Positions 48,553-58,524 of a stretch of DNA of 64,000 nt are shown piece by piece. The DNA is from Paludibacter sp. (GTDB lineage Bacteria; Bacteroidota; Bacteroidia; Bacteroidales; Paludibacteraceae). The position numbers and the translations under genes were made by a program. Position 1 is the first letter of the stretch. Each line of letters starts with the position of its first letter. The notes under the pieces were generated by a model. The model saw nothing but the letters and a program-made list of their open reading frames with translations. It was not told the origin of the DNA and ran no database searches. The stretch spans positions 25,202 through 89,201 of the forward strand of contig JAVFAG010000001.1 of NCBI GenBank assembly GCA_034002585.1, written 5' to 3'.

Positions 48553-51500
48553 ATGAAACGACTTGTATTACCACTAATTTTCATTTTATCTATTTCAGCA
48601 TCGGGCCAATTAAAAATCAACGAACTAATGTCGAACAATGTTTCGGCGGTTCTTGACGAAGGTTATAACTATAGTATGTGGATTGAGATATACAATCCCA
48701 CCAGTCAGGATATATTTCAAAATGACTATTTTTTAACCGACAATCCTGATGAGCCCATGAAATGGCAGTTTCCATATAAAAAAGTTGATGCAGGTGGATA
48801 TAACACCATCTTCATGGAAAAGCACGATATGGAATACCATGCCTCCTTTAAGCTCGAGCCGGAAGGCGGAATCCTCTACATCTTTAATTATTCCGGCGAA
48901 GTAGTCGATTATGTGATGTACCCTGCGCAATACCGTAATACATCGTACGGTCGGCTTACTGATGGTGGTGACACCTGGACATTTTTTGAAGAATTTAGTT
49001 TTGGCACTTCCAATAACGGTAAGAAGAACGCTGCACAACGTTGTACAAAGCCAGCACTTACTGTGTCGGGCGGGCTCTATGCATCACCTGTAAGCATTGC
49101 CTTTGCAACTCCGGTTGCAGGGGAAACAATTTATTACAATCTGAACAGCGAGGATCCTCATCCCTCTGTTTCACAAGCCTATACTCCGGGCACTTCCATT
49201 CAGATTAATTCGAATACCGTGGTTCGGGCCAGGGCTTTTGCTGAAGGAAAAATTGCAAGCGACATTTCAACAGCAACCTACCTTATCGGACAGCGTGAAT
49301 TTAATCTTCCGGTAGTATCTCTGGTAACTCCCACAGCGAATCTGTTCGACAATACAATCGGTATTTATGTACAGGGAACCAATGGTATTGTTGGATGTGG
49401 CGATGGAAACGCTTACAACTGGAACCAGAGCTGGGATCGTCCGGCGAATTTCGAATTATTCGATCGGCAAAAAATATCACGACTCAATCAGGAAGTGGAT
49501 ATACAAACTGCAGGATGTGCCTCACTGACCTTTAATCCTCAAAAGTCGCTACATATTCAACCCAAAAAGAAGTTGGGCAGCAACCGGTTGAAGTACCCGA
49601 TTTTCTCTTCCCGCCCTCACCTGCAGTACAAAGACATCACGCTTCGCAACTCCGGCAACGACTTTAAGTATTCTATGATGCGCGACGGAATGATGCAATC
49701 ACTGGTAATGGGTCGAATGGATATTGAATATCTCGCCTATGAACCGGCAGTTTTGTTTATGAATGGTGAATATTACGGAATCCAGAATTTAAGACAGCGT
49801 TCGAATGCCGATCTTATGTTTACCGAGCATGGACTGGATAATGAAGAGGTGGAAATGATTGAAAACTTTGAGATACAATACGATCCCCGCTATCTTGAAC
49901 TAATAAATTATATTCAGAGCAACGATATTAGCAGTAACTCAGTTTATAATGAGTTAAAAAATAAAATGGATGTTTCGAGTTACATTCAGGTTTTGTTGAC
50001 CAATATCTTTGTTGCTAACTACGACTGGCCACATAATAATATCAGGATGTGGAAAAAGAAAGCAGATGGTAAATGGCGATGGATTTTGTTTGATACCGAT
50101 TTTGGGTTCAATTTATACATCGAAGATTTGCATAATTTCAATTCGCTCACCTATGCGTTGGGTGAAAATCCTGAAAAACAAACCCAGCCCTGGGCAACAC
50201 AACTTTTCAAACGATTAATTGAAAATGAAAGCTTTCGTAACGAATTGATTGACCGCTTTACCATTCACTTATCATCAACCTTTCGACCTCAACGAATCGA
50301 TCACATAATCGACTCACTGGCCGCCAAAATCCGTCCTGAAATTGCTTTTCATAAGCAACGCTGGAATGCATCCGAACGGGAATTTGAAACGGATATTCAA
50401 CTAATGAAAAACTTCTCGGCAACCAGGGCTTCAACTATGTTTAATTTCCTGAGTACCCGTTTCATGAATGGAGCGGCTCAGTATCCAATCAGCATTAGTT
50501 CAAATCTGCCCAATGCAACATACACATTCAATAATGTACCTATTCCCGATGCTTCCATCGAACTTAGGAGCTTTGCAGGAAGAAATTTCACTCTGATAGC
50601 TAATCCTGTAAAAGGCTATGTATTTAAAAACTGGGAAGTTGATGGAATGGCAAACGTACAAACGGTAGTGCCATGGGACAGCGAATGGAAATACTGGGAT
50701 GAAAACTCCACTCCAACCGGTAACTGGCAATCGATCGATTTTGCTGATACTGGTTGGAAGAAAGGCCTGGCCCAACTTGGATACGGTAATAAAGGTGAGG
50801 TAACGACAGTAGGATTTGGAACAGATGCATCAAATAAATATCCTACCTGTTACTTTCGTAGGAATTTCACACTTAGCGATGTAACCACCATCGATGTAGT
50901 TACTCTTCGTTTGTTTGTCGACGATGGTGCTGCCATATATGTAAACGGTACGGAAATTGGCCGTTTCAATATGCCAACCGGGCCTCTTAACTTCTCTACC
51001 TTTGCATCGGCGCCTAATGATGGAGGCTATGCTGACTTCACCATACCCAAATCACTACTGCTGACCGGAAACAATGTGGTAGCTGTGGAAGTTCATCAGG
51101 CAAACGCATCCAGCTCTGATATGCGTTTCAATCTGGAAATGAAGCTCTATTTTAATAACGAAGGGGGCGCTAATACCTCGCCGGTGATTTCGGGAGTGGT
51201 TAGTCCGAATATTACCCTGAAGGCTGTTTACGAACTCGATACTTCACCCGACCCTCTCGACAATGTGCAGGTATTTATCAACGAAATTGTAGCCTCAAAC
51301 TCTGTTATACCGGATCCCTATGGAAATAAAGATGATTTCATTGAACTCTACAACGCAGGAAATGAACCCGTTAATATTTCAGGATGGTATGTTTCCGACA
51401 AGCAATCCGTACCTGATTACTGGAAGATACCTCAAAGTGATGAGGCTATCATCCCGGCAAAGGGTTTTCTGACACTATGGGCCGACGAAGATCTGGGACA

Positions 51501-51936
51501 GGGTCCGCTGCACCTAAACATTAAATTGAGTGCTTCAGGCGAATATGTTAGCTTATACGCTGATAATAAATTTGGAGAACTCGTGTTAATGGATGAAATT
51601 GCATTTCCGGCACTTCCAGCCAATCAGGCGTATGCGAGGATTCCCGACGGTGGTCCTGAATGGAGAATACAACATGTTACCTTTAATACGTCCAATCTTA
51701 CATCGGGAAATGAGGATATAAACCTATCAAATATCAAGGTTTATCCCACGCGATTTACCGACCATGTAACCATCGAAAATGCTGCAGGACATATCATTCA
51801 GTTTTTCGACCTGACGGGGAAACTGCTTATACATACCACAGTTTATGAAGATCGTTCTGTGTTGAAGCTTGATTTTCTTCCGAAGGGAATGTATGTATTA
51901 CGAATAGGAAACCAAAATTACAGAATACTGAAATAA
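48553..51936 (+). CDS. Secreted CotH-kinase-family protein with lamin-tail domains and T9SS C-terminal domain
   Basis: Signal peptide; LTD-like INELMSNN..WIEIYN and INEIVASN..DFIELYN; CotH core LRNSGND, NYDWPHNN, WRWILFDTDFGF; CTD KVYPT..KGMYVLR. Confidence 0.82.
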   Translation: MKRLVLPLIFILSISASGQLKINELMSNNVSAVLDEGYNYSMWIEIYNPTSQDIFQNDYFLTDNPDEPMKWQFPYKKVDAGGYNTIFMEKHDMEYHASFKLEPEGGILYIFNYSGEVVDYVMYPAQYRNTSYGRLTDGGDTWTFFEEFSFGTSNNGKKNAAQRCTKPALTVSGGLYASPVSIAFATPVAGETIYYNLNSEDPHPSVSQAYTPGTSIQINSNTVVRARAFAEGKIASDISTATYLIGQREFNLPVVSLVTPTANLFDNTIGIYVQGTNGIVGCGDGNAYNWNQSWDRPANFELFDRQKISRLNQEVDIQTAGCASLTFNPQKSLHIQPKKKLGSNRLKYPIFSSRPHLQYKDITLRNSGNDFKYSMMRDGMMQSLVMGRMDIEYLAYEPAVLFMNGEYYGIQNLRQRSNADLMFTEHGLDNEEVEMIENFEIQYDPRYLELINYIQSNDISSNSVYNELKNKMDVSSYIQVLLTNIFVANYDWPHNNIRMWKKKADGKWRWILFDTDFGFNLYIEDLHNFNSLTYALGENPEKQTQPWATQLFKRLIENESFRNELIDRFTIHLSSTFRPQRIDHIIDSLAAKIRPEIAFHKQRWNASEREFETDIQLMKNFSATRASTMFNFLSTRFMNGAAQYPISISSNLPNATYTFNNVPIPDASIELRSFAGRNFTLIANPVKGYVFKNWEVDGMANVQTVVPWDSEWKYWDENSTPTGNWQSIDFADTGWKKGLAQLGYGNKGEVTTVGFGTDASNKYPTCYFRRNFTLSDVTTIDVVTLRLFVDDGAAIYVNGTEIGRFNMPTGPLNFSTFASAPNDGGYADFTIPKSLLLTGNNVVAVEVHQANASSSDMRFNLEMKLYFNNEGGANTSPVISGVVSPNITLKAVYELDTSPDPLDNVQVFINEIVASNSVIPDPYGNKDDFIELYNAGNEPVNISGWYVSDKQSVPDYWKIPQSDEAIIPAKGFLTLWADEDLGQGPLHLNIKLSASGEYVSLYADNKFGELVLMDEIAFPALPANQAYARIPDGGPEWRIQHVTFNTSNLTSGNEDINLSNIKVYPTRFTDHVTIENAAGHIIQFFDLTGKLLIHTTVYEDRSVLKLDFLPKGMYVLRIGNQNYRILK

Positions 51937-51937
51937 C

Positions 51938-53377
51938 TTAATCTACCCATTCATACGCTCCTGCATCGGGAGCCCCATCTGCAAGGCGATTCCTTCCGTT
52001 TAAATCGAAGGGGAATCGCTTTGCCATTTCAGGATCAGCAATACCGCGTGCCGGAGATACCGAATCGGGCATAAAATTGTACGTTAATTCTTTTTCAAGA
52101 TTTTGTACCGTACCTTTAAATACAGTATCGCGCAGCTCCGACCATCGTACCTGGCGAAACTGAGGCAGTTCGAGTGCTTTGGTCCTTTTAATGTATGAAA
52201 AAGCAATATCGGCGTTGTAAAGCGAATCGAAACGCGACGCAAGTGAAAGCTCATTCTGCGCCGAACCTGCAATAATACTATTGTACACGCGTGTCTCCAT
52301 GGGATAACTCCTCGCCAGAGTCATCATCATAAATGCCGGCGCATTATCCCGTGCAACCGATTGGGTTGGATTATTGAAATAATTAGCTATCGTACAATGA
52401 TAAAAGGTATGCCTTCCACCATTCAGATAAACTGTATAACCTCCTGAATTAGTAATGGCTGAATTGCTGACGGTCATGTCCCCATTTACAGCGACCAAAT
52501 TGTAAAATAAAAAGTTGTGAATTCTGCAATCGGAAATTTCGAGATGAGGCTTGTTTTGTTTGTCCCTGTTCACAAAATAAATACCCACATAGCCACTGTT
52601 GATATTGACGTGCCTTAGCACATGATTGCCTGTTGGATTGAGAAGATAAACACCTCCCCATTGTCCGGCAACCAGGTTGTAGAGAACGGGAGTAGTAAAT
52701 CCGATTCTATCCAATCGATCGCCGCGAATGGACACAGGCTCAGCCCGGGTGCCCTCCGCTTTCAGATTTCCATACACCATCAGATTTGAATTGTTATGAA
52801 AAAACAGCCGGGTACCGGGAGCTAATTGCAAGGTGGCTGCCGAGTCGACCACCAAATCGCCATATATAAGATAAGGCAGCTTTGCATTCAGTGAGGTATC
52901 GTTTTTGACATGCAGTGAACGAAGCACTTCCATATCCTGTCCGAATGCTTCCAGCACCATTTTCGTGAACCCGTCGTTGGTAGTAAACAGTAACGAATCG
53001 CGAATAAGCAACGGTGCATCGCTTTTCAGGGGATCAATTTTTACTTCCACAAAAATATACATGGAGTCGCGGGCGCGCAGGGTAATGGGTCCGAAACGAT
53101 GATCCTTATTGGCAGCGCCATCTACATTGACCCGAAATGGAGAACTACTGCCACCAGCCAGATAGAGATTCTCAATAACCAGGGGCTGCGAACGCCGGTT
53201 GTATACCATCACCCGTGCCGTAGCACTACCAACGGTTGTAAACACAGTATCGAAGGTGAGTGTATCTTTCGAAAATGCAATTCCTGTGATTCCTGCATCC
53301 GTTACAGAGGTATCATCGCAGGAACTAAATCCTGCAACAATAGATATGGCAAGAAGTATAGTAAATAGTGGTTTCAT
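51938..53377 (-). CDS. Hypothetical lipoprotein with beta-helix repeats and choice-of-anchor-Q-like C-terminus
   Basis: Lipobox GFSS-C; FSKDTLTFDTVFT, GQWGG, HCTIANY, SPARG..DLNG..PDAGAYE; directly downstream of porT. Confidence 0.7.
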   Translation of the reverse strand: MKPLFTILLAISIVAGFSSCDDTSVTDAGITGIAFSKDTLTFDTVFTTVGSATARVMVYNRRSQPLVIENLYLAGGSSSPFRVNVDGAANKDHRFGPITLRARDSMYIFVEVKIDPLKSDAPLLIRDSLLFTTNDGFTKMVLEAFGQDMEVLRSLHVKNDTSLNAKLPYLIYGDLVVDSAATLQLAPGTRLFFHNNSNLMVYGNLKAEGTRAEPVSIRGDRLDRIGFTTPVLYNLVAGQWGGVYLLNPTGNHVLRHVNINSGYVGIYFVNRDKQNKPHLEISDCRIHNFLFYNLVAVNGDMTVSNSAITNSGGYTVYLNGGRHTFYHCTIANYFNNPTQSVARDNAPAFMMMTLARSYPMETRVYNSIIAGSAQNELSLASRFDSLYNADIAFSYIKRTKALELPQFRQVRWSELRDTVFKGTVQNLEKELTYNFMPDSVSPARGIADPEMAKRFPFDLNGRNRLADGAPDAGAYEWVD

Positions 53378-54082
53378 TTATTCAAAATTCAGGGTAAACA
53401 ATAATACACGTGAAAACAGCCCCGACAAGGCATTTGTATATGTTAAGCGGGTGGTATTTTCAGGAGTAGGAAATTTGGGAGTCAGCACATTGGTCAGACC
53501 AAAATTAACTCGTACTTCAGGCGACAGTTTAAAATACCGGAAATAAATATCGCAGCCGGCACCTGCAGTAAAAAAAACATCCGGCAGGTTAATGGTGACC
53601 TCACGCAACTCGTCGCGACCCAAATCGAACATAGCGCCAAAACCGGCTTCGACATAGGGTTTAAAATTTCCATATCGTTCAGCATTGTAACGAAATAAAA
53701 AAGGCAACTCGATGGGTAACGAGAATATATTGACAATATGAACTGAATCGGCTAACAAACCTGAAGCTTTATCGAAAGCTCTGAAATTCAAATTCCTTTC
53801 GCCCAGCAACAAGGAAGGTGTAAACCGAAAGCTCAGGTAGCGGTGGAGACGTAAATCAGTTATTAATCCTACTGAAAAACCGGGCACCAACTGTGAAACA
53901 TCAGCATAATACACCTTACCATCCTGAACCATTTCTGAATGATCGATCCTGAAATCCATGGTATTTGTACCCAACAGAAAGCCCAATCTAAAGACCCTGA
54001 AGTCCAGATCGGTAAGGTTACCCTGAGCCGAAAGCGGCATCAACATAACAGAAAACAGCAAAACGAGTAAAAACTTTTTCAT
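53378..54082 (-). CDS. porT: Type IX secretion outer-membrane beta-barrel PorT/SprT
   Basis: Signal peptide from ATG 54082; GFLLGTN, PGFSVGLI, FRFTP, GCDIYFRYFKLSPE; C-terminal NFE. Confidence 0.85.
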   Translation of the reverse strand: MKKFLLVLLFSVMLMPLSAQGNLTDLDFRVFRLGFLLGTNTMDFRIDHSEMVQDGKVYYADVSQLVPGFSVGLITDLRLHRYLSFRFTPSLLLGERNLNFRAFDKASGLLADSVHIVNIFSLPIELPFLFRYNAERYGNFKPYVEAGFGAMFDLGRDELREVTINLPDVFFTAGAGCDIYFRYFKLSPEVRVNFGLTNVLTPKFPTPENTTRLTYTNALSGLFSRVLLFTLNFE

Positions 54083-54136
54083 CTTTCTTTCAGCAAGTAA
54101 ACGAAGTGAATGGGGGTTTATTGCCTGAAAACGATG

Positions 54137-54258
54137 CAAAGATAGGTATAACAATACACCTTTGACACCAATGAAGGACATAAAAATGGAAGTGCTGCGT
54201 TAAAATCTGCTTTATTTATTAAAATAATTTCAGGTATACAGAAAAGTTTCTACTTTTG
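54137..54258. promoter_or_regulatory. Divergent -7 boxes for porT (TATCTTTG, minus, 54137-54144) and ferredoxin (TACTTTTG, plus, 54251-54258)
   Basis: Two TAnnTTTG matches in opposite orientation. Confidence 0.65.
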
Positions 54259-54295
54259 TGGTGCTAATTAGTACTAACAAAAAATCTTTTTAAAA

Positions 54296-54463
54296 ATGGC
54301 TTACGTAATTAATGAAGATTGCATCGCTTGCGGTTCTTGTATCAGCGAGTGCCCTGTTGATGCAATTTCGGAAGGTGACATTTATGTTATTGATCCTGAT
54401 TTATGCACTGATTGTGGAACTTGTGCCGATGTTTGTCCGTCAGAAGCAATCCATCCTGCATAA
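54296..54463 (+). CDS. 2[4Fe-4S] ferredoxin (55 aa)
   Basis: Hand translation MAYVINEDCIACGSCISECPVDAISEGDIYVIDPDLCTDCGTCADVCPSEAIHPA; two CxxCxxCxxxCP motifs; below ORF-track size cutoff. Confidence 0.96.
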   Translation: MAYVINEDCIACGSCISECPVDAISEGDIYVIDPDLCTDCGTCADVCPSEAIHPA

Positions 54464-54484
54464 TTTGGCGTTCAGGAAGTCAGA

Positions 54485-54524
54485 AAAAATACCCCTTTCC
54501 TCTTTTGGATCGGGGTTTTTTTTG
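54485..54524. terminator. Bidirectional terminator between ferredoxin and USP gene
   Basis: A-tract, acccc...ggggt stem, T-tract between convergent genes. Confidence 0.7.
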
Positions 54525-54525
54525 T

Positions 54526-55623
54526 TTAGATATGAGTTACAAAGAGCGGAACATTAGAATGATAGATCATCTTGTAAGCTAAACCGGGATTAAAAATGCG
54601 GGTAAAGATGTTTTTACGCCGACTATTAAAAGCAAGTACATCAACTTTCATATTCTCAATAAATTCATTGATTTTTTCAGGTGACTCGGTCGATTCCACT
54701 AAATCATAATTTGTTCGCAATTGTGGATAATGGTTACTGAAATAAGTTTTAATACCTGTCAGCATAATTTCATCCCACACCTGTTTTTTATTCGAACCAT
54801 GAATAAACGTTATTTCGAGATTATCGACACCAAATGTTGCAATCACCTTATCGATTGCAATCAGGTCCTTCTGATCGAAATTTGTGATAAAAGCCACCCG
54901 TTTCATCATCAACAAATCGTTTAGTTTCATCATTTCCGGTATCGCAAATACAGTCATCCCGCACGATTCAATAACTTCAGCAGTGACGCTTCCAATCAAT
55001 TCGTTTGAAATTTTCTTGCCCCGTGTGCCCATCACCACCAAATCAGGAGTATAGCGTTTACAATAATCAAGAATCTGATCTTCAGGCACACCTTCTTTCA
55101 CTTCGAACCGAAATGACACTTCGGGCAACTCACCGGCAGCTATACGACGACGAATCAGGTTGCCCATATTATCAACGTCGGCATTGGCCGATGTAATAAT
55201 ACGCCGCAGTAATTCACCATCGCTGATGGTGTAAGCGCTCACGTCATTATTCATCGAAATGGTAAAAGCCGGACTGAAATATACATACATAAGGACGACT
55301 TCGGCACCCATATTGCCAGCCATTTGAAAACCAATATCAATGGTTTTGGGATTATAGTCAGCAAAATCAAGTGGAATAAGTACCTGACGGGCTATTTCCT
55401 TCTCCTGCTCGTCTTCCCAGGCACGTTCCATTTGTTCTACGATGGTGAGTGCACGTGGCAAATCACTTTCACGAATACGAACTCTCACACCTACGGCCAT
55501 TTCAGGATGTTCGAGATTTAAATTATGAATCACGGTTTCAATACCTTCTTTTTCCAGCACCGTTTTTATCATCTGTGCGCGCTGATAGGTACGAATGGCC
55601 AGGGTAACCAGTTTATCTTCCAT
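54526..55623 (-). CDS. Universal stress protein with N-terminal small (DUF2007-like) domain
   Basis: VLIPLDF, LVVMGTRG..LIGSVTAEVI, second USP-like half; start set at MEDKLVTLAI (55623). Confidence 0.85.
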   Translation of the reverse strand: MEDKLVTLAIRTYQRAQMIKTVLEKEGIETVIHNLNLEHPEMAVGVRVRIRESDLPRALTIVEQMERAWEDEQEKEIARQVLIPLDFADYNPKTIDIGFQMAGNMGAEVVLMYVYFSPAFTISMNNDVSAYTISDGELLRRIITSANADVDNMGNLIRRRIAAGELPEVSFRFEVKEGVPEDQILDYCKRYTPDLVVMGTRGKKISNELIGSVTAEVIESCGMTVFAIPEMMKLNDLLMMKRVAFITNFDQKDLIAIDKVIATFGVDNLEITFIHGSNKKQVWDEIMLTGIKTYFSNHYPQLRTNYDLVESTESPEKINEFIENMKVDVLAFNSRRKNIFTRIFNPGLAYKMIYHSNVPLFVTHI

Positions 55624-55709
55624 GATCGTATTTTTTAAGTTTAACAAGTTGTTTCCCGTTATTACAACATTTATTCAGATTAATTAGTTCTTAAGTTATT
55701 TAAATTATC

Positions 55710-55717
55710 TATTTTTG
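55710..55717 (+). promoter_or_regulatory. Bacteroidota -7 box (TATTTTTG) for gldE operon
   Basis: TAnnTTTG 26 nt upstream of ATG 55744. Confidence 0.6.
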
Positions 55718-55743
55718 CAGTTAAAATCAGTTTCATACACAGA

Positions 55744-57075
55744 ATGGTGCTTATCGAATTACTTTTTATACATACAATCAGTTACAATCCATTCACCGTT
55801 GGCGATGGGGCAGCATTGTTGTTTGCAGGTGTACTTCTGGTACTATCGGGACTTATATCAGCGTCCGAAGTTGCGTTTTTTTCATTCAATCCTGCCACTC
55901 TCGAAGCCATGGAAAACGGAAACGATACGAGAGACAAACGTATTTTACACCTACTGGAAACTCCTCAACGCCTGCTTGCTGCAATTCTGATTGGCAATAA
56001 CCTGGTCAATGTAACCATCATTCTGATACTGACACTGGTCACTAACCGGCTTATCGATTTCAGTATGGCTCCTGCATTTGGTTTTATATTTCAAACTGTC
56101 ATCATTACCTTTTTGCTCCTGCTGTTTGGTGAAATTCTACCTAAGGTATATGCTACCCGCGAAAGTCGTAAAGTTGCCGCCTTCACATCTCCGGGAATGG
56201 CATTCATGGAATCCGTATTTTCGCCCCTTATACGGGTTCTTATTCAATCGACTACCTTGGTCAACCGGAAACTATCCAACTTGTATAACTCCAATATCTC
56301 AATTGACGAACTTTCTCATGCACTTGAACTTACTTCAGATGACACAAATGAGGATACTGAAATTCTTGAAGGAATCATTAAATTTGGTAATATACAGGTA
56401 ATCGACATTATGACATCCCGTGTGGATATGGTGGATGTGGATATACGAACTACCTTCAAAAAACTGATAGAATTGATAATTCAGTCGGGTTATTCACGAA
56501 TCCCTGTGTATACTGGTACCCGTGATAATATCACAGGTATTTTGTACGGCAAAGACCTGTTGCCCCACCTTGATAAACCCGATAACTTCAGGTGGCAGAG
56601 CCTTATTCGTCAGGCATTGTATGTACCTGAAACTAAAAAAATTGACGATTTGCTCAAGGAGTTTCAAAAAAACAAAGTTCACCTGGCCATTGTGGTCGAC
56701 GAATACGGAGGTACTTCAGGAATTGTTACGCTCGAAGATATAATTGAAGAAATTGTAGGCGATATAAGCGATGAATACGACGACGATCTGAAGTTGTATA
56801 CCCGCATCGATAGTCATACATTTATTTTTGAAGCCAAGATTCAGCTGAATGACTTCTTTAAAATTGAAGAAATTAAAGAGGATGACTTTGATGACGTATC
56901 GCAGGAAGTTGAAACACTCGCCGGACTCATTCTGGAGATAAAAGGTGAAATTCCACAAAAAAATGAACGAATAGGCTATAATAACTATATATTTGAAATT
57001 CTCTCGGTCGATAACAGAAGAATTAAAAAAGTCAAATTGTACATCAAACATATTGATGAACAGGAAAATGAGTAA
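55744..57075 (+). CDS. gldE: GldE-like CNNM/CBS/CorC transporter-associated protein
   Basis: SGLISASEVAFFS, LIGNNLVN, FGEILPK, CBS pair YSRIPVY / VVDEYGGTSG, CorC domain ETLAGLILE. Confidence 0.82.
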   Translation: MVLIELLFIHTISYNPFTVGDGAALLFAGVLLVLSGLISASEVAFFSFNPATLEAMENGNDTRDKRILHLLETPQRLLAAILIGNNLVNVTIILILTLVTNRLIDFSMAPAFGFIFQTVIITFLLLLFGEILPKVYATRESRKVAAFTSPGMAFMESVFSPLIRVLIQSTTLVNRKLSNLYNSNISIDELSHALELTSDDTNEDTEILEGIIKFGNIQVIDIMTSRVDMVDVDIRTTFKKLIELIIQSGYSRIPVYTGTRDNITGILYGKDLLPHLDKPDNFRWQSLIRQALYVPETKKIDDLLKEFQKNKVHLAIVVDEYGGTSGIVTLEDIIEEIVGDISDEYDDDLKLYTRIDSHTFIFEAKIQLNDFFKIEEIKEDDFDDVSQEVETLAGLILEIKGEIPQKNERIGYNNYIFEILSVDNRRIKKVKLYIKHIDEQENE

Positions 57076-57102
57076 TTTGCATACCGAAATCACCATCTGA
57101 GA

Positions 57103-57723
57103 ATGAAAATCCAGCTTCTTGAACCCGACCATTGCCGCATTATCATAGCTAAAATAACTGAGACTACAGAAGAATTGATTCCACTTTTGGAGAATTTTAC
57201 CAGCTATGAAAATGAATTTAAACAAATAATTGCTTCAAAACGTAAAAAAGAGTTTATTTCTGTGCGTTTCTTAATGAACATATTAATGCAAAAAAATGTT
57301 ATAATCGCATATGATACTGTTCATAAACCTTATTTGATTAATTCGGAATACTCTATCAGTATTTCACATAGTGGCAACTACTTTGCGCTGATCGTATCCC
57401 GGAATGGTTTAACAGGGATTGATATAGAATGCAGGACCAATCGGGTTTACAAGGTCAGAGAACGTTACCTCGACAAAAATGAACTCGCGTTCATGTTAAC
57501 TGATAAACCGGAGAGCTGTGCACTGGAAATTGCATGGACGGCTAAGGAGGCGTTGTATAAAATCATTGGCAATGAAGCATATGACTTCCACACCTTGAAA
57601 ATAATGCCCTTTGAACCGGATTCAGAGGGGACACTGGTAGCGATTTATGAACCCAAAAAGAAAGATTTTTCAATTCAATACATTCAGAATCAAGATTATA
57701 CATTTGCATATTGCATCGATTAA
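57103..57723 (+). CDS. 4'-phosphopantetheinyl transferase (Sfp/EntD-like)
   Basis: SISISHS, GIDIE, WTAKEALYK. Confidence 0.88.
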   Translation: MKIQLLEPDHCRIIIAKITETTEELIPLLENFTSYENEFKQIIASKRKKEFISVRFLMNILMQKNVIIAYDTVHKPYLINSEYSISISHSGNYFALIVSRNGLTGIDIECRTNRVYKVRERYLDKNELAFMLTDKPESCALEIAWTAKEALYKIIGNEAYDFHTLKIMPFEPDSEGTLVAIYEPKKKDFSIQYIQNQDYTFAYCID

Positions 57724-57735
57724 AACAACTACGGT

Positions 57736-58524
57736 ATGAAGCATACTATTTACAGAAAGATATTATTAAATCGCGAATCCGGAAAAAAAATGTTTGCGGT
57801 ACTTATTGATCCTGAGAAAAGTTTCGAGCGAAATTTTGCTTCGGTTGTTGCTGCCCTGAAAGTTGCAAATCCCGATTTTGTTTTTATCGGTGGCAGTCAC
57901 ACCTTACGTTCATCCGAATCGATTATCGAAATCCTTAAAGAAGAAATCAGCTCTGACATCCTCCTTTTTCCTGGTGATGCATCGCAATTTGCTCCCAATG
58001 CCGATGCATTGCTTTATCTTTCGCTGATATCAGGACGAAATCCGGAGTTTCTGATCGGCCAACACATAAAATCGTCGCTGGCTATAGCCGACTCAGATAT
58101 TGAAGTTATTCCAACAGCCTATGTACTTATTGATGGTGGCAGGCTCAGTGCAGTGGAATATTTCAGTAACACAAGAGCTATACCTCGTGATAAACCAGAC
58201 ATTGCTTTGTCGACAGTCATGGCAGGTGAACTATTAGGTATGCGTCTCACCTATCTTGAAGCAGGAAGCGGGGCTGCTGTACCTGTTCCAGCCGAACTAA
58301 TTTCCTTTGTCGGTGAACGCATTTTGTCACCTTTAATTGTAGGAGGTGGCATCACTTCACTAAACGATCTTAGTGCTGCCTATGATGCAGGAGCCGATAT
58401 AATTGTTGTAGGAAATGCCTTTGAAAAAAATCCAGCCCGTATTATTGAATTTGTCAGCTGGGTTGATGAATACAACAAACACCATGAAAAGGATGAAAAC
58501 TTACCTGTGATCAGGGAAAGTTAA
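57736..58524 (+). CDS. Geranylgeranylglyceryl phosphate synthase (PcrB/GGGPS family, group II)
   Basis: LIDPEK, FIGGS, LFPG, SLISGRNPEFLIG, YLEAGSGA, LIVGGGI, VVGN. Confidence 0.92.
   Translation: MKHTIYRKILLNRESGKKMFAVLIDPEKSFERNFASVVAALKVANPDFVFIGGSHTLRSSESIIEILKEEISSDILLFPGDASQFAPNADALLYLSLISGRNPEFLIGQHIKSSLAIADSDIEVIPTAYVLIDGGRLSAVEYFSNTRAIPRDKPDIALSTVMAGELLGMRLTYLEAGSGAAVPVPAELISFVGERILSPLIVGGGITSLNDLSAAYDAGADIIVVGNAFEKNPARIIEFVSWVDEYNKHHEKDENLPVIRES

Noticed and set aside
54312-54557. 81-aa ORF in the track
   Set aside because: Out-of-frame shadow of the ferredoxin gene that runs through its terminator.
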